In this document: positions 18,638 to 29,830 of the stretch, one piece after another
Numbering within the stretch: the stretch's first letter is position 1
Layout: each line of letters begins with the position of its first letter
Assembly (NCBI GenBank): GCA_965221125.1
Contig: CBDCRW010000007.1
Span: 800,001 to 864,000, forward strand
Direction of reading: 5' to 3'
DNA: 64,000 nucleotides
Origin: Alphaproteobacteria bacterium
GTDB taxonomy: Bacteria > Pseudomonadota > Alphaproteobacteria > UBA828
Made by a program: the position numbers and the translations under genes
The notes under the pieces: generated by a model
What the model was told of the DNA's origin: nothing
Databases searched by the model: none
The model's input: only the letters and a program-made list of their open reading frames with translations

Positions 18638-19709
18638 GAGCGCCGATTCGGCCTTCGCCTGGCCGGAGCCGCGCGAGAATCCTCATCTCGTCGGGCACCA
18701 CGGCGCTACCAGCGTTTTCATGGGCGCATGGCACAGCGGCAGGCTCGCGCATGCCTGGCTGATCGCCGGGCCCCGCGGCATCGGCAAGGCAACGCTGGCC
18801 TATCGCTTCGCGCGCTTCGCGCTTGACGGCGGCCGGGGGGGCGGTGAGGACGGGCTGGACATGTCGCCCGATCATCCCGTCTTTCGGCGAATCGCGGCCG
18901 GCGGCCACAGCGATTTGGCCGTCATCGAACGCGGCATCGGCGACCGGGGGCGGCTCCGGGCCGAGATCGTGGTGGAGGATGTGCGGGCCGCGAATGCCTT
19001 CCTCTCGCTCACGGCGGGCGAGGACGGCTGGCGCGTGGTGATCGTCGACGCGGCCGACGAGATGAACCGGAACGCCGCCAACGCGCTGCTGAAGCGCCTG
19101 GAGGAGCCGCCCGGTCGCGTGCTCTTCCTCCTCGTGAGCCACGCGCCGAGCCGCGTGCCGGCGACGCTTCGCTCGCGCTGCCGCGTGCTCTCCCTGTCGC
19201 CGCTCTCCGCAACGGCGCTCGATGGACTGCTGGCAGACGCCATGCCCGCTCTGCCGGCGGAAGAGCGCCGGGTCCTGGGTCTGCTCGCCGAGGGCAGCCC
19301 CGGCCGCGCGGCGGCGCTGGCCGAGCAGGGGGGTGTCGCGCTTTACCAACGCCTTATCGGGCTGGTCGGCACATTGCCTGTGCTCGACGCAGGGCCGCTG
19401 CACGAACTCGCCGACGGGCTCTCGGGCCGGGACGGCGTGGACCGCATGCGCACGCTTTTCGAGCTGATCCTCTGGTGGCTCGGCCGCTCGATCCGCGCGT
19501 CGGCACGGGGCGAGCTGCAGACGATGGAGGAGGTGGTGCCCGGCGAAAGGGCGTGCGCCGCCTTCCTGCAGGGAGCGGCGCTTGATCGCTGGGTCGCCGT
19601 GTGGGAAAACCTCGGCCGCTCGTTCGCAGACGCGGACGGGCTGAATTTCGACCCCCGGCAGGTCCTGATCGGTGCATTCTCAGCGCTGCAGGAGGCCGCG
19701 CGGGCCTAA
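18630..19709 (+). CDS. holB: DNA polymerase III subunit delta'
   Basis: HAWLIAGPRGIGKATLA, NAANALLKRLEEPP, TLRSRC; lies between tmk and metG. Start ATG 18630. Confidence 0.93.
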   Translation: MTESADSAFAWPEPRENPHLVGHHGATSVFMGAWHSGRLAHAWLIAGPRGIGKATLAYRFARFALDGGRGGGEDGLDMSPDHPVFRRIAAGGHSDLAVIERGIGDRGRLRAEIVVEDVRAANAFLSLTAGEDGWRVVIVDAADEMNRNAANALLKRLEEPPGRVLFLLVSHAPSRVPATLRSRCRVLSLSPLSATALDGLLADAMPALPAEERRVLGLLAEGSPGRAAALAEQGGVALYQRLIGLVGTLPVLDAGPLHELADGLSGRDGVDRMRTLFELILWWLGRSIRASARGELQTMEEVVPGERACAAFLQGAALDRWVAVWENLGRSFADADGLNFDPRQVLIGAFSALQEAARA

Positions 19710-19727
19710 CCGGCAGGACCGGAATCC

Positions 19728-21287
19728 ATGGTGCCTCGAGCGGCCTACTACCTGACCACACCGATCTACTATGTGAACGATTCGCCCCACATCGGGCACG
19801 CCTATACGTCGCTCGCCTGCGACGTGCTGGCCCGCTTCATGCGACTCGACGGCCGCGACGTGATGTTCCTCACCGGAACCGACGAGCACGGCCAGAAGGT
19901 CCAGAAATCCGCCATAGCCGCCGGCATGGAGCCGCAGGACTTCGTCGACCAGGTCTCGGAGCGGTTTCGCGCCCTCGGCGAGGTCATGGACTACAGCAAC
20001 GACGACTTCATCCGCACCACGGAGGATCGCCACACCCGTTCGTGCCAGGAGCTGTGGCGCCGGATCGAGGCCAACGGACACATCTACCTCGGCAAGTATG
20101 CGGGCTGGTACTCGGTGCGGGAGGAGGCGTTCTGCACCGAATCGGAGGTCAGGGACGGCCCCGACGGCGGCAAGGTGACGGTGGCGGATGGCTCGCCGGT
20201 CGAATGGGTCGAGGAGCCCAGCTATTTCTTCCGCCTCTCGGACTGGCAGGAGCCGCTGCTCGAATTCTACGAGAAGAACCCCGAGGCGGTCGCACCCCAG
20301 AGCCGCCGCAACGAGGTCATCAGCTTCGTTTCCGGTGGACTGAACGACCTCTCCGTTTCGCGCGCGAGCCTGAAATGGGGCATTCCCGTGCCGGACGCTC
20401 CCGACCACACCATGTACGTGTGGCTCGATGCGCTCACCAACTACATCAGCGCCGCAGGATTCCCGGACACTGAGAGCCACACGTGGCAAACCTACTGGCC
20501 CGCCGACCTGCACATGGTGGGCAAGGACATCCTGCGCTTTCACACGGTCTACTGGCCGGCCTTCCTGATGGCCGCAGGCGTGGAGCCGCCGAGCCGCGTC
20601 TTCGCCCACGGCTGGTGGACGAACGAAGGCGAGAAGATGTCGAAATCGCTGGGCAACGTGATCGACCCGCACGACATCGTCGCGCGCTACGGGCTCGACG
20701 CCGTGCGCTACTTCCTGCTGCGCGCACTGCCCTTCGGCAGCGACGGCGATTTCTCGCACCGGGCCATCGTCGGGCGCATGAACGACGACCTGGCGAACGA
20801 CTACGGCAATCTGGCGCAGCGGGTGCTGACCATGGTCAACCGCAATTGCGACGCCGCCGTGCCCGAGCCGGGCGCCTTCGCGCCGGCCGACAATGCGCTG
20901 CTGAGCGCGGCGGAGGCGCTGGTGGAGACGGTGCGCACCGACCTCGGCAAGCAGGGGTTTCACCGCGCGCTGATCCACATCTGGGAGGTCGTGGGCCAGG
21001 CCAACCGCTACGTCGACGAGCAGGCGCCCTGGGTGCTGCGCAAGGAAGACCCCGCACGGATGGCAACGGTGCTCTACGTCGTGATCGAGACGCTGCGTCA
21101 TCTGGCGGTGCTGACCCAGCCCTACATGCCGGCCTCGAGCGGGCGCATGCTGGACCAGCTGGGCGTGGCGGAGGACGCGCGCACGCTGGCGGCGCTCGGC
21201 CCGGAAGGGCGCCTCGTGCCGGGCACGGCGCTGCCCAAGCCCGAGCCAGTTTTCCCGCGGTTTGTCGAGGATAGCGCATCTTCCTGA
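19728..21287 (+). CDS. metG: Methionine--tRNA ligase (short form)
   Basis: TTPIYYVN, HIGH, GTDEHGQK, YVWLDAL, KMSKS. Confidence 0.97.
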   Translation: MVPRAAYYLTTPIYYVNDSPHIGHAYTSLACDVLARFMRLDGRDVMFLTGTDEHGQKVQKSAIAAGMEPQDFVDQVSERFRALGEVMDYSNDDFIRTTEDRHTRSCQELWRRIEANGHIYLGKYAGWYSVREEAFCTESEVRDGPDGGKVTVADGSPVEWVEEPSYFFRLSDWQEPLLEFYEKNPEAVAPQSRRNEVISFVSGGLNDLSVSRASLKWGIPVPDAPDHTMYVWLDALTNYISAAGFPDTESHTWQTYWPADLHMVGKDILRFHTVYWPAFLMAAGVEPPSRVFAHGWWTNEGEKMSKSLGNVIDPHDIVARYGLDAVRYFLLRALPFGSDGDFSHRAIVGRMNDDLANDYGNLAQRVLTMVNRNCDAAVPEPGAFAPADNALLSAAEALVETVRTDLGKQGFHRALIHIWEVVGQANRYVDEQAPWVLRKEDPARMATVLYVVIETLRHLAVLTQPYMPASSGRMLDQLGVAEDARTLAALGPEGRLVPGTALPKPEPVFPRFVEDSASS

Positions 21288-21307
21288 GATCGCTTGCGAG
21301 GGCACGA

Positions 21308-22102
21308 ATGCTGGTCGACAGCCACTGCCATCTCGACTTTCCGGACTTCAGCGACGACCTTGACGGCGTGCTCGCGCGCGCGGCCGAAGCGGGCGTGGGC
21401 ACGGTGCAGACGATCTGCACCCGCGTGACTCAATTCGATTCGGTCCGTGCTCTGGCCGAGAACAATGAGAGAATCTGGTGCTCGGTCGGCATCCATCCGC
21501 ACCATGTCGCGGAGGAGCCGGCGGTGACTGCCGACCACCTCGTGCGGATGGCGGAACACCCGAAGGTCATCGGCATCGGCGAGACCGGGCTCGATTTCCA
21601 CTACGACAACAGCCCGAGGCCGCAGCAGGAGGCGAGCTTCCGTCAGCACATCGCGGCCGCCAGGCAGACCGGGCTGCCGCTCATCGTCCACACGCGCTCG
21701 GCCGATGAAGACACTTGCCGAATTCTGCGCGAGGAAGCGGGGAAGGGGGCCTTCCCCGGCGTGATCCACTGCTTCAGCGCGGGCCGCGCGGTCGCCGAGA
21801 CGGCGCTGGAAATCGGATTTCACGTTTCGTTCTCAGGGATCCTGACCTTCAAGAATGCAGAGGAGGTGCGCGCCGTCGCCCGCGACGTGCCGGTGGACCG
21901 GCTGCTGGTGGAGACCGATGCGCCCTATCTCGCGCCGGTGCCTCACCGCGGGCGACGCAACGAGCCTGCGCACGTGGTCCATACCGCCGCGCGGCTCGCC
22001 GACATCAAGGGGCTGGACGAGGCGGAATTGGCCCGTGCGACGACCGATAATTTCTTCAGATTGTTTTCCAAATCCGTACCACATCAGTCTGCAATGCAAT
22101 GA
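21308..22102 (+). CDS. tatD: TatD-family hydrolase
   Basis: DSHCHL, GIHPH, IGETGLD, HCF, ETDAPYLAP. Confidence 0.94.
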   Translation: MLVDSHCHLDFPDFSDDLDGVLARAAEAGVGTVQTICTRVTQFDSVRALAENNERIWCSVGIHPHHVAEEPAVTADHLVRMAEHPKVIGIGETGLDFHYDNSPRPQQEASFRQHIAAARQTGLPLIVHTRSADEDTCRILREEAGKGAFPGVIHCFSAGRAVAETALEIGFHVSFSGILTFKNAEEVRAVARDVPVDRLLVETDAPYLAPVPHRGRRNEPAHVVHTAARLADIKGLDEAELARATTDNFFRLFSKSVPHQSAMQ

Positions 22103-22869
22103 AAATAACCGTTCTCGGTTGCGGCACGTCGAGCGGGGTCCCGATGATCGGCTGCGACTGTGCGGTGTGTCGCTCGCCCGATCCGCGCAACCGGCGGCGG
22201 CGGGTCTCGGTGCTGGTCGATTCGGGCGATTCCCGGCTCCTGATCGACACGCCGCCGGACCTGCACGCGCAACTGGTCGATGCGGACGTCTCGCGCCTCG
22301 ACGCCGTGCTGTACACGCACGGCCATGCCGATCACGTGCACGGGATCGACGACCTACGCTCTATCAACTTCCAGATGGGGCAGGCGCTCGATGCCTACGG
22401 CTCTGCCAGGACGCTGGCAGCCATCATGGGCCGCTTCGCCTATGCGTTCGGGCCCATGGGCACCAGGGGCTGGGCCAGGCCCAGCCTCAACGCGGTCGAA
22501 GTCGACGGCCCGTTCGATGCCGGCGGCCTTGCGGTCCTGCCATTCCCGCAGGAGCACGGGCGCAGCGTCACCACGGGCTATCGCATCGGCGACATGGCGT
22601 ACTCGACCGACGTGAAGGCGTTACCGGAGGAGGCCTTCGCGGCGTTGGACGGCGTCAAGCTCTGGATCGTCGATTGCCTCGGCTACCGCGAGCATCCGAC
22701 GCACGCGCACCTGGACCTCACGCTGGAATGGATCGCGCGGGCGAGGCCGAAGCTCGCCGTGCTCACGCACATGTCCCATCAGTTCGATTACGAGACTCTG
22801 CTTGCCGCGTTGCCGGACGGCGTAGTGCCGGGCCACGACGGGCTCACGATCGAGACGGACGCGCTGTGA
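22099..22869 (+). CDS. MBL-fold metallo-hydrolase (PhnP-like)
   Basis: LGCGTSSGVP, CxCxxC, THGHADHVHG, THMSH; ATGA overlap with tatD. Confidence 0.9.
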   Translation: MKITVLGCGTSSGVPMIGCDCAVCRSPDPRNRRRRVSVLVDSGDSRLLIDTPPDLHAQLVDADVSRLDAVLYTHGHADHVHGIDDLRSINFQMGQALDAYGSARTLAAIMGRFAYAFGPMGTRGWARPSLNAVEVDGPFDAGGLAVLPFPQEHGRSVTTGYRIGDMAYSTDVKALPEEAFAALDGVKLWIVDCLGYREHPTHAHLDLTLEWIARARPKLAVLTHMSHQFDYETLLAALPDGVVPGHDGLTIETDAL

Positions 22870-22918
22870 TGCGCGCGGTAAGCCATTGTGCGACCTCTAA
22901 CTATCGGAATCGCCTAAC

Positions 22919-22946
22919 ATTTCCCATAATATACCTTATGCGAATT
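22919..22946 (-). other. dif: XerC/XerD dif-like recombination site (probable chromosome dimer resolution site)
   Basis: Minus strand reads AATTCGCATAA-GGTATA-TTATGGGAAAT, an 11-6-11 layout with inner CATAA/TTATG palindrome (E. coli dif: GGTGCGCATAA-TGTATA-TTATGTTAAAT). Intergenic, AT-rich and near the gene-orientation switch. Confidence 0.75.
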
Positions 22947-23053
22947 ATGCCTCAAGCGAGTCGCATGCGTCGGACGTCGTTGTGCACGGCGCCAACGGTC
23001 CTTGAGACCGCTCCCTTCTCTCCGGGCCCGGACGCAGCAACGACACGAATACG

Positions 23054-23983
23054 ATGAGCGAGACCCCACCACCCAGCCGCCAGGACGACGACGACGCAGC
23101 GGGAACACGGCCCCCCGCCGGCATCGATCGGCTGCTGGAGGTCATGGCGCGGCTGCGCGATCCGGCCGGCGGTTGCCCGTGGGACCTCGAGCAGAGTTTT
23201 GCGACCATCGCGCCCTACACCATCGAGGAAGCCTACGAGGTCGCCGAGGCGATCCGGCAGGACGACCGCGAGGCGCTCCGCGACGAACTGGGCGACCTGC
23301 TGCTGCAGGTGGTCTTCCACGCGCAGATGGCGCGCGAGGACGGCAGCTTCGACTTCGACCAGGTCGCGCGGGGCATCGCGGACAAGATGATCCGCCGCCA
23401 CCCCAACGTCTTCGGCGACGACGATTCCGAGGCGCGCAGGTCGGCGCGGGCGCAGATGCGGTCCTGGGAGGCCCAGAAGGCCGCCGAGCGCGACGCCAGG
23501 GCGCACGCCGAAGGGCGCCGGCCCAGCGTGCTCGATGGGGTGGCGCTGGCCCTCCCTGCCCTGCTCCGCGCCGAAAAGCTGCAGAAGCGCGCCGCCCGCG
23601 TGGGCTTCGACTGGCCGGATACAGGGCCCGTGTTCGCCAAGGTGCTGGAAGAGGTGGCCGAGCTGCGGGAGGCCGCGGCGACAACGAGTGCGTCGAAGGC
23701 GGCGGACCCGGCCGTCGCGGAAGAGGTCGGCGACTTGCTGTTTGCCTGCGTCAACCTGGCACGCCACCTAGGCGTCGAGCCCGAGGGCGCGCTCCGCGCC
23801 GCCAATGCCAAATTCACGGCGCGTTTCCATCACGTCGAGATGGCGCTTGCGAACTCGGGGCGCGATGCGGACAAGGTGGGACTCGCCGAGCTGGACCGCC
23901 TGTGGGATGAGGCGAAGCGGGCGGAGCGCAGCTCATCAGCCGGTCCGGCGACGGTCGATCCGACGCGAGCGGGAAACGAGTAG
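23054..23983 (+). CDS. mazG: Nucleoside triphosphate pyrophosphohydrolase MazG
   Basis: LRDPAGGCPWD, EEAYEV, ELGDLLLQVVFHA, RRHP, GFDW, EEVGDLLF. Confidence 0.95.
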   Translation: MSETPPPSRQDDDDAAGTRPPAGIDRLLEVMARLRDPAGGCPWDLEQSFATIAPYTIEEAYEVAEAIRQDDREALRDELGDLLLQVVFHAQMAREDGSFDFDQVARGIADKMIRRHPNVFGDDDSEARRSARAQMRSWEAQKAAERDARAHAEGRRPSVLDGVALALPALLRAEKLQKRAARVGFDWPDTGPVFAKVLEEVAELREAAATTSASKAADPAVAEEVGDLLFACVNLARHLGVEPEGALRAANAKFTARFHHVEMALANSGRDADKVGLAELDRLWDEAKRAERSSSAGPATVDPTRAGNE

Positions 23984-24109
23984 AGCGTTTCACCCCCGCT
24001 GCAAGCCGGGGGCCCCTCCCCGATCCCCTTTTCGACCATGGTGCGGTGCATGGCGCGTGGTCAGCGCGACATTGGCCGTGAGCGGGGCGGGGAACCTCGC
24101 TGGATACGA

Positions 24110-24136
24110 GAAAGGGGGCCGCGCGGCCCCCTTTTC
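24110..24136. terminator. Probable bidirectional intrinsic terminator
   Basis: AAAGGGGGCC-GCGC-GGCCCCCTTTT hairpin between convergent mazG and groEL. Confidence 0.75.
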
Positions 24137-24159
24137 GAAATCTGGCGGATGGCAGGCAG

Positions 24160-25857
<1,698 letters not shown>

Positions 25858-25901
25858 CGCCGATTGCTCCGGATTCGCTGTCTATGCAGGCAGGTGCGGC
25901 G

Positions 25902-26189
25902 TCACTCGATCACACCCATGATGTCAGATTCCTTCATGATCAAGAGCTCTTCGCCCTCGACCTTGACCTCCGAGCCCGACCACTTGCCGAAGAGGATGCG
26001 ATCGCCCGCCTTCACGTCGAGCGGGGTTACCTTGCCGTCCTCGCTGCGCTCGCCGGAGCCCGCCGCGACGACCTCGCCTTCCTGCGGCTTCTCCTGGGCG
26101 GTGTCGGGAATGATGATGCCGCCTGCCGTTTTCTGGTCCTGCTCAATCCGCCGCACCAGCACGCGGTCGTGCAAAGGCCTGATCTTCAT
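25902..26189 (-). CDS. groES: Co-chaperonin GroES
   Basis: [30 protein letters not shown]; GGAGG SD upstream of ATG 26189. Confidence 0.97.
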   Translation of the reverse strand: MKIRPLHDRVLVRRIEQDQKTAGGIIIPDTAQEKPQEGEVVAAGSGERSEDGKVTPLDVKAGDRILFGKWSGSEVKVEGEELLIMKESDIMGVIE

Positions 26190-26245
26190 GCCGCCCTCCA
26201 GAGACGTGAACGCGTCCAACGCACGTGTGCCGCTCCGAGCGATTG

Positions 26246-26272
26246 TTAGCGCTCTGGCGCGGCGAGTGCCAA
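26246..26272 (-). promoter_or_regulatory. CIRCE element (HrcA operator)
   Basis: Minus strand TTGGCACTC-N9-GAGCGCTAA against consensus TTAGCACTC-N9-GAGTGCTAA, upstream of groES. Confidence 0.9.
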
Positions 26273-26273
26273 C

Positions 26274-26302
26274 TTAATAGGGAGACGGCCGGGCGGTGTC
26301 AA
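26274..26302 (-). promoter_or_regulatory. groESL promoter (-35/-10)
   Basis: Minus strand TTGACA-N17-TATTAA directly upstream of CIRCE; the overlapping CCCTAT also fits an alphaproteobacterial RpoH-type -10. Confidence 0.65.
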
Positions 26303-26521
26303 CTATCAGGCAAAGCGATGGACGCGCCTGCGCTCGTGGCTGCCGTTCTCAGATTGTTCCGCGTTCATTCCAATCCAGAATTCCGTCGCCCCAGTCACCT
26401 ATCGAATGTCGACAGGCATCTGCACCGCTCGGCTGCGAGTTGTGCCGCCTCGAGCCTCAACCCCGCCTCGCCAGACATTAGCGGGGCAAGAACAGGAAGT
26501 ATTTATAAGGTATTGAAGAAT

Positions 26522-26549
26522 ATTACGCTGATTATACATTATGTAAATT
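26522..26549 (-). other. Second, degenerate dif-like site
   Basis: Plus strand ATTACGCTGAT-TATACA-TTATGTAAATT matches 22919-22946 (ATTTCCCATAA-TATACC-TTATGCGAATT) at 20/28 positions as a direct repeat; isolated AT-rich patch. Confidence 0.5.
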
Positions 26550-26588
26550 CAGCCGCGATTCGATTGTGGAGGCGGCCTGGAACATCGC

Positions 26589-27956
26589 TCAAGCGCTGGC
26601 GAACGAGACGCCGGGGCGCTGCTCCAGACGGCCCGCGTCCGCCGGGGTAAGCCCGACCCTGAGCAGGGCCTCGCCATCGTCGTCCGCGTGCTCGATGACC
26701 TCGCCGTGACGGTAAAGCCAGGCCAGGGTGGCCCCGTCGGCATAGGGCACGCGGACTTCGACGACTCGCCGCGCCGCCGACAGCCGGGCGTCGATCGCGC
26801 CGATCAGGTTCTCGAGCCCGGTTCCCGTCAGTGCCGACGCTGCAACCACGCTCTCCTCGCCGGGGTGGCCGTTGGCCCCGTTGCCCCCTCCCCTCCCCTG
26901 CTGCGCGAGGCAGGCGCGTTGTTGCTCATCGAGGAGATCGACCTTGTTGAGCACCTCGATCGCGCCGCTCTGCAGCCGGTCTTCGAGGCCGAGCTCGGTC
27001 AGCACACGCAGGACGTCGGCGCGTTGTTCCGCACTGTCCGCATGGGCACAGTCCCGAACGTGCACGACGAGGTCAGCCGCAACCACCTCCTCCAGCGTGG
27101 CGCGGAATGCCGCCACGAGGTCGTGCGGCAGATCCGATACGAAGCCCACGGTGTCCGAAAGGATGACGCGCTGACCGGAGGGCAGGACGACGCCGCGCAT
27201 GGTTGGGTCGAGGGTCGCGAAGAGCTGGTCGCGCGCGACGGCGCAGGCCCCCGTCAGCAGGTTGAAGAGCGTCGTCTTGCCGGCGTTCGTGTAGCCGACC
27301 AGGGCGATTACCGGAAAGGGTACCCGCTGGCGGGCTGCGCGGTGCAGGCCGCGGGTGCGCCTGACGGCATCCAGCGCGCGTTCCAGCCGGCCTATGCGGG
27401 TGCGGATCTGGCGCCTGTCGGCCTCGATCTGCGTTTCGCCCGGCCCGCCCACGAAGCCGAGACCGCCGCGCTGGCGCTCCAGGTGCGTCCAGGATCGCAC
27501 CAGGCGGCTGCGCTGGTAACGAAGGGCGGCCAGCTCGACCTGGAGCCGGCCCTCCCGCGTGCGTGCGCGCGCCCCGAAGATCTCGAGGATGAGCGCGGTG
27601 CGGTCGATGACCTTGCAGCGCCAGGCACGTTCGAGATTGCGTTGCTGGACCGGGGTGAGCACCCCGTCCACGATGACCAGATCCAGGGAGTCCGACGACG
27701 CGGTCTCCCCTATCGTCTCGACTCGACCGGGGCCGAACAGCGTTGCTGGACGCGGCCTCTGCACGGGCACGACCTCCGCCAGCACCACGTCGAGCTCGAT
27801 CGCGCGGGCGAGGCTGACCGCTTCGGCGAGGCGACTCTCCGGCTCCCGTGCTGGCGCGCGTGCGAACTCCGCCGCTGGCGGACGCGCCCACGCCGGATGC
27901 AGAACACAGGTGCGCGATGGCGAACGTGCGCCACGTGGATCGCGTGCGTTCGCCAC
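26589..27956 (-). CDS. hflX: GTPase HflX
   Basis: HLERQRGG, GPGETQIE, GYTNAGKTT, LFATLDPT, DTVGF, NKVD; follows hfq. Confidence 0.96.
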   Translation of the reverse strand: MANARDPRGARSPSRTCVLHPAWARPPAAEFARAPAREPESRLAEAVSLARAIELDVVLAEVVPVQRPRPATLFGPGRVETIGETASSDSLDLVIVDGVLTPVQQRNLERAWRCKVIDRTALILEIFGARARTREGRLQVELAALRYQRSRLVRSWTHLERQRGGLGFVGGPGETQIEADRRQIRTRIGRLERALDAVRRTRGLHRAARQRVPFPVIALVGYTNAGKTTLFNLLTGACAVARDQLFATLDPTMRGVVLPSGQRVILSDTVGFVSDLPHDLVAAFRATLEEVVAADLVVHVRDCAHADSAEQRADVLRVLTELGLEDRLQSGAIEVLNKVDLLDEQQRACLAQQGRGGGNGANGHPGEESVVAASALTGTGLENLIGAIDARLSAARRVVEVRVPYADGATLAWLYRHGEVIEHADDDGEALLRVGLTPADAGRLEQRPGVSFASA

Positions 27957-28217
27957 TTACGTTTCGTCCTCCTCTGCCGGTGCGCCGCCCTGATCGAACA
28001 ACTGGATCGGCTGGACCGGCATGACCGTCGAAATCGCATGCTTGTACACGAGCTGCGAATGGTCATCGCGTTTGAGCAGGACGCAGAAATTATCGAACCA
28101 GGTGATGATTCCCTGGAGCTTCACCCCGTTCACGAGAAAGATCGTGACCGGCATCTTCCCTTTGCGCACGTGATTGAGGAAGACGTCCTGGAGACTGTGG
28201 GATCCCTTGCCAGTCAT
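27957..28217 (-). CDS. hfq: RNA chaperone Hfq
   Basis: [30 protein letters not shown]. Confidence 0.97.
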   Translation of the reverse strand: MTGKGSHSLQDVFLNHVRKGKMPVTIFLVNGVKLQGIITWFDNFCVLLKRDDHSQLVYKHAISTVMPVQPIQLFDQGGAPAEEDET

Positions 28218-28301
28218 CGTTTCTCTATCCTTGCCTGCCCCCGCCTTCCGGAGGCTGGAGGCCGGGCGCCGGGTACACCCACGCGATCATACCACTTTTG
28301 T

Positions 28302-28958
28302 TTATATGGTGACTCCGTGCTGCCGTAAAAACCCCTGAAGTCCTGCGTGGTCGGCGACCTGATGATCCGGCGTGCGCGGACTGTCGCCGTCGCGGGGCGG
28401 GTCGGCGCTCACGATCACTGCGGTGCATCCGGCATTTCGGGCGCACGTGACGTCGATCCCCGTATCGCCCACGTACCAGACGTCCGGGCCGGCCGCGATT
28501 CCAGTTCCCTCCAGCGCCATGGCCATGACCTCGGGCGCAGGCTTGTCCATCGGTCCGTCTTCAGCGCCGACAATGCGCGCGAAGTAGCCGGTCCAGCCCA
28601 GATGCGCCGCTTCCTTGCGCACCAGGTCGCCCTGCTTGCTGCTGACCACGCCGAGGGGCAGTCCGTTTCGATGAAGCGCTGCCAGCGTGGCTTCGGCATC
28701 GGTGAGCGGGGTCAGCCGGCGCAAGTGATTCGCTCGATAGTGCCGGTAGAATAGGTACTCGGCTCTCGCGGCATCGGCGCCGAACAGGTCAGGGAACGAG
28801 TCCCGCATCGAGCGCCGCACCCACGCCTTGGTCTGTTCGAAGCTCCAGGGCTCGCGGCCCAGGTCCAGGAAGGTCAGCCGCAGACTTTCGTGGATAATCT
28901 CCCAACTCACGACCAGCGTGTTGTCCCAATCGAACAGGACGGCGCGGGGCGTTCTCAC
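28302..28958 (-). CDS. HAD-superfamily hydrolase (phosphoglycolate phosphatase-like)
   Basis: LFDWDNTL, VVSSK, DKPAP, YVGDTGID. Probable GTG start at 28958 overlapping the dat stop. Confidence 0.88.
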   Translation of the reverse strand: MRTPRAVLFDWDNTLVVSWEIIHESLRLTFLDLGREPWSFEQTKAWVRRSMRDSFPDLFGADAARAEYLFYRHYRANHLRRLTPLTDAEATLAALHRNGLPLGVVSSKQGDLVRKEAAHLGWTGYFARIVGAEDGPMDKPAPEVMAMALEGTGIAAGPDVWYVGDTGIDVTCARNAGCTAVIVSADPPRDGDSPRTPDHQVADHAGLQGFLRQHGVTI

Positions 28959-29818
28959 CGATTCGTGCGCCCGCCGCGGCAATAGGCGAGGTAGAGATCG
29001 CGCAGACGCAAGGTCACCGGCCCCGGCTTCCCGGTGCCCACCGGGCAGCCGTCGATGCGAACGATGGCGCGGACGAACGACGTCGTGCTGGTCAGGAAGG
29101 CTTCCGGCGCGGCCTGCGCCTCGGCCAGCGTGAACGCGCGCTCGACAACCTCGATCCCCGCCTCGCGGGCCAGCCTGATCACCGTCTGGCGGGTTATGCC
29201 GCCGAGGATGTTCGCTTCGAGGCCGCGCGTTATCACGCGGCCCGAATCGTCGACGATCCAGGCGTTGGTGGAGGAACCCTCGGTGACCCGGCCCTCGGGA
29301 TCGACGAACCAGGCCTCGTAGGCTCCCTGCTCGCGCGCGTCCTGCTTGGCCAGCACGTTGGGCAGCAGCGAGACGGACTTGATATCGCAGCGGCCCCAGC
29401 GCCCCTCCGGTATGGAAACGACATCGGCCCCGCGATCCTCGGCCGCATCCTCGGGCCAGCGGACCGGGCGCGCGGTGAGGACCACCGCGCCTTCCGCGTC
29501 TTCCGGGAAGGGATGGTCCCGCGCGGCGGCGCCGCGCGTGACCTGCATGTACACCATGCCGTCGCGGACCCGGTTCCTGCGCAGGACTTCGCGGGTGACG
29601 AGTCTCAGCGCGCTGCGCGGGATCGGCATCTCCATCCTGAGCTCACGGAGCGAGCGCTCCAGCCTGTCCAGGTGCGGCTCCTCGTCGATCACGCGGCCAG
29701 CGAAGACGGCGGCGACCTCGTAGACCCCGTCCGAGAACTGGTATCCCCTGTCCTCGACGTGGACGTGCGCCAGGTCATGGCGCTCATAGCGGCCGTTGAC
29801 GTAAGCGATACGCGACAT
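28955..29818 (-). CDS. dat: D-amino-acid transaminase (class IV)
   Basis: EDRGYQFSDGVYEV, RCDIKSVSLLPNVL, TEGSSTN, ILGGITR. Confidence 0.9.
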   Translation of the reverse strand: MSRIAYVNGRYERHDLAHVHVEDRGYQFSDGVYEVAAVFAGRVIDEEPHLDRLERSLRELRMEMPIPRSALRLVTREVLRRNRVRDGMVYMQVTRGAAARDHPFPEDAEGAVVLTARPVRWPEDAAEDRGADVVSIPEGRWGRCDIKSVSLLPNVLAKQDAREQGAYEAWFVDPEGRVTEGSSTNAWIVDDSGRVITRGLEANILGGITRQTVIRLAREAGIEVVERAFTLAEAQAAPEAFLTSTTSFVRAIVRIDGCPVGTGKPGPVTLRLRDLYLAYCRGGRTNR

Positions 29819-29830
29819 CCAGACCTCCGG

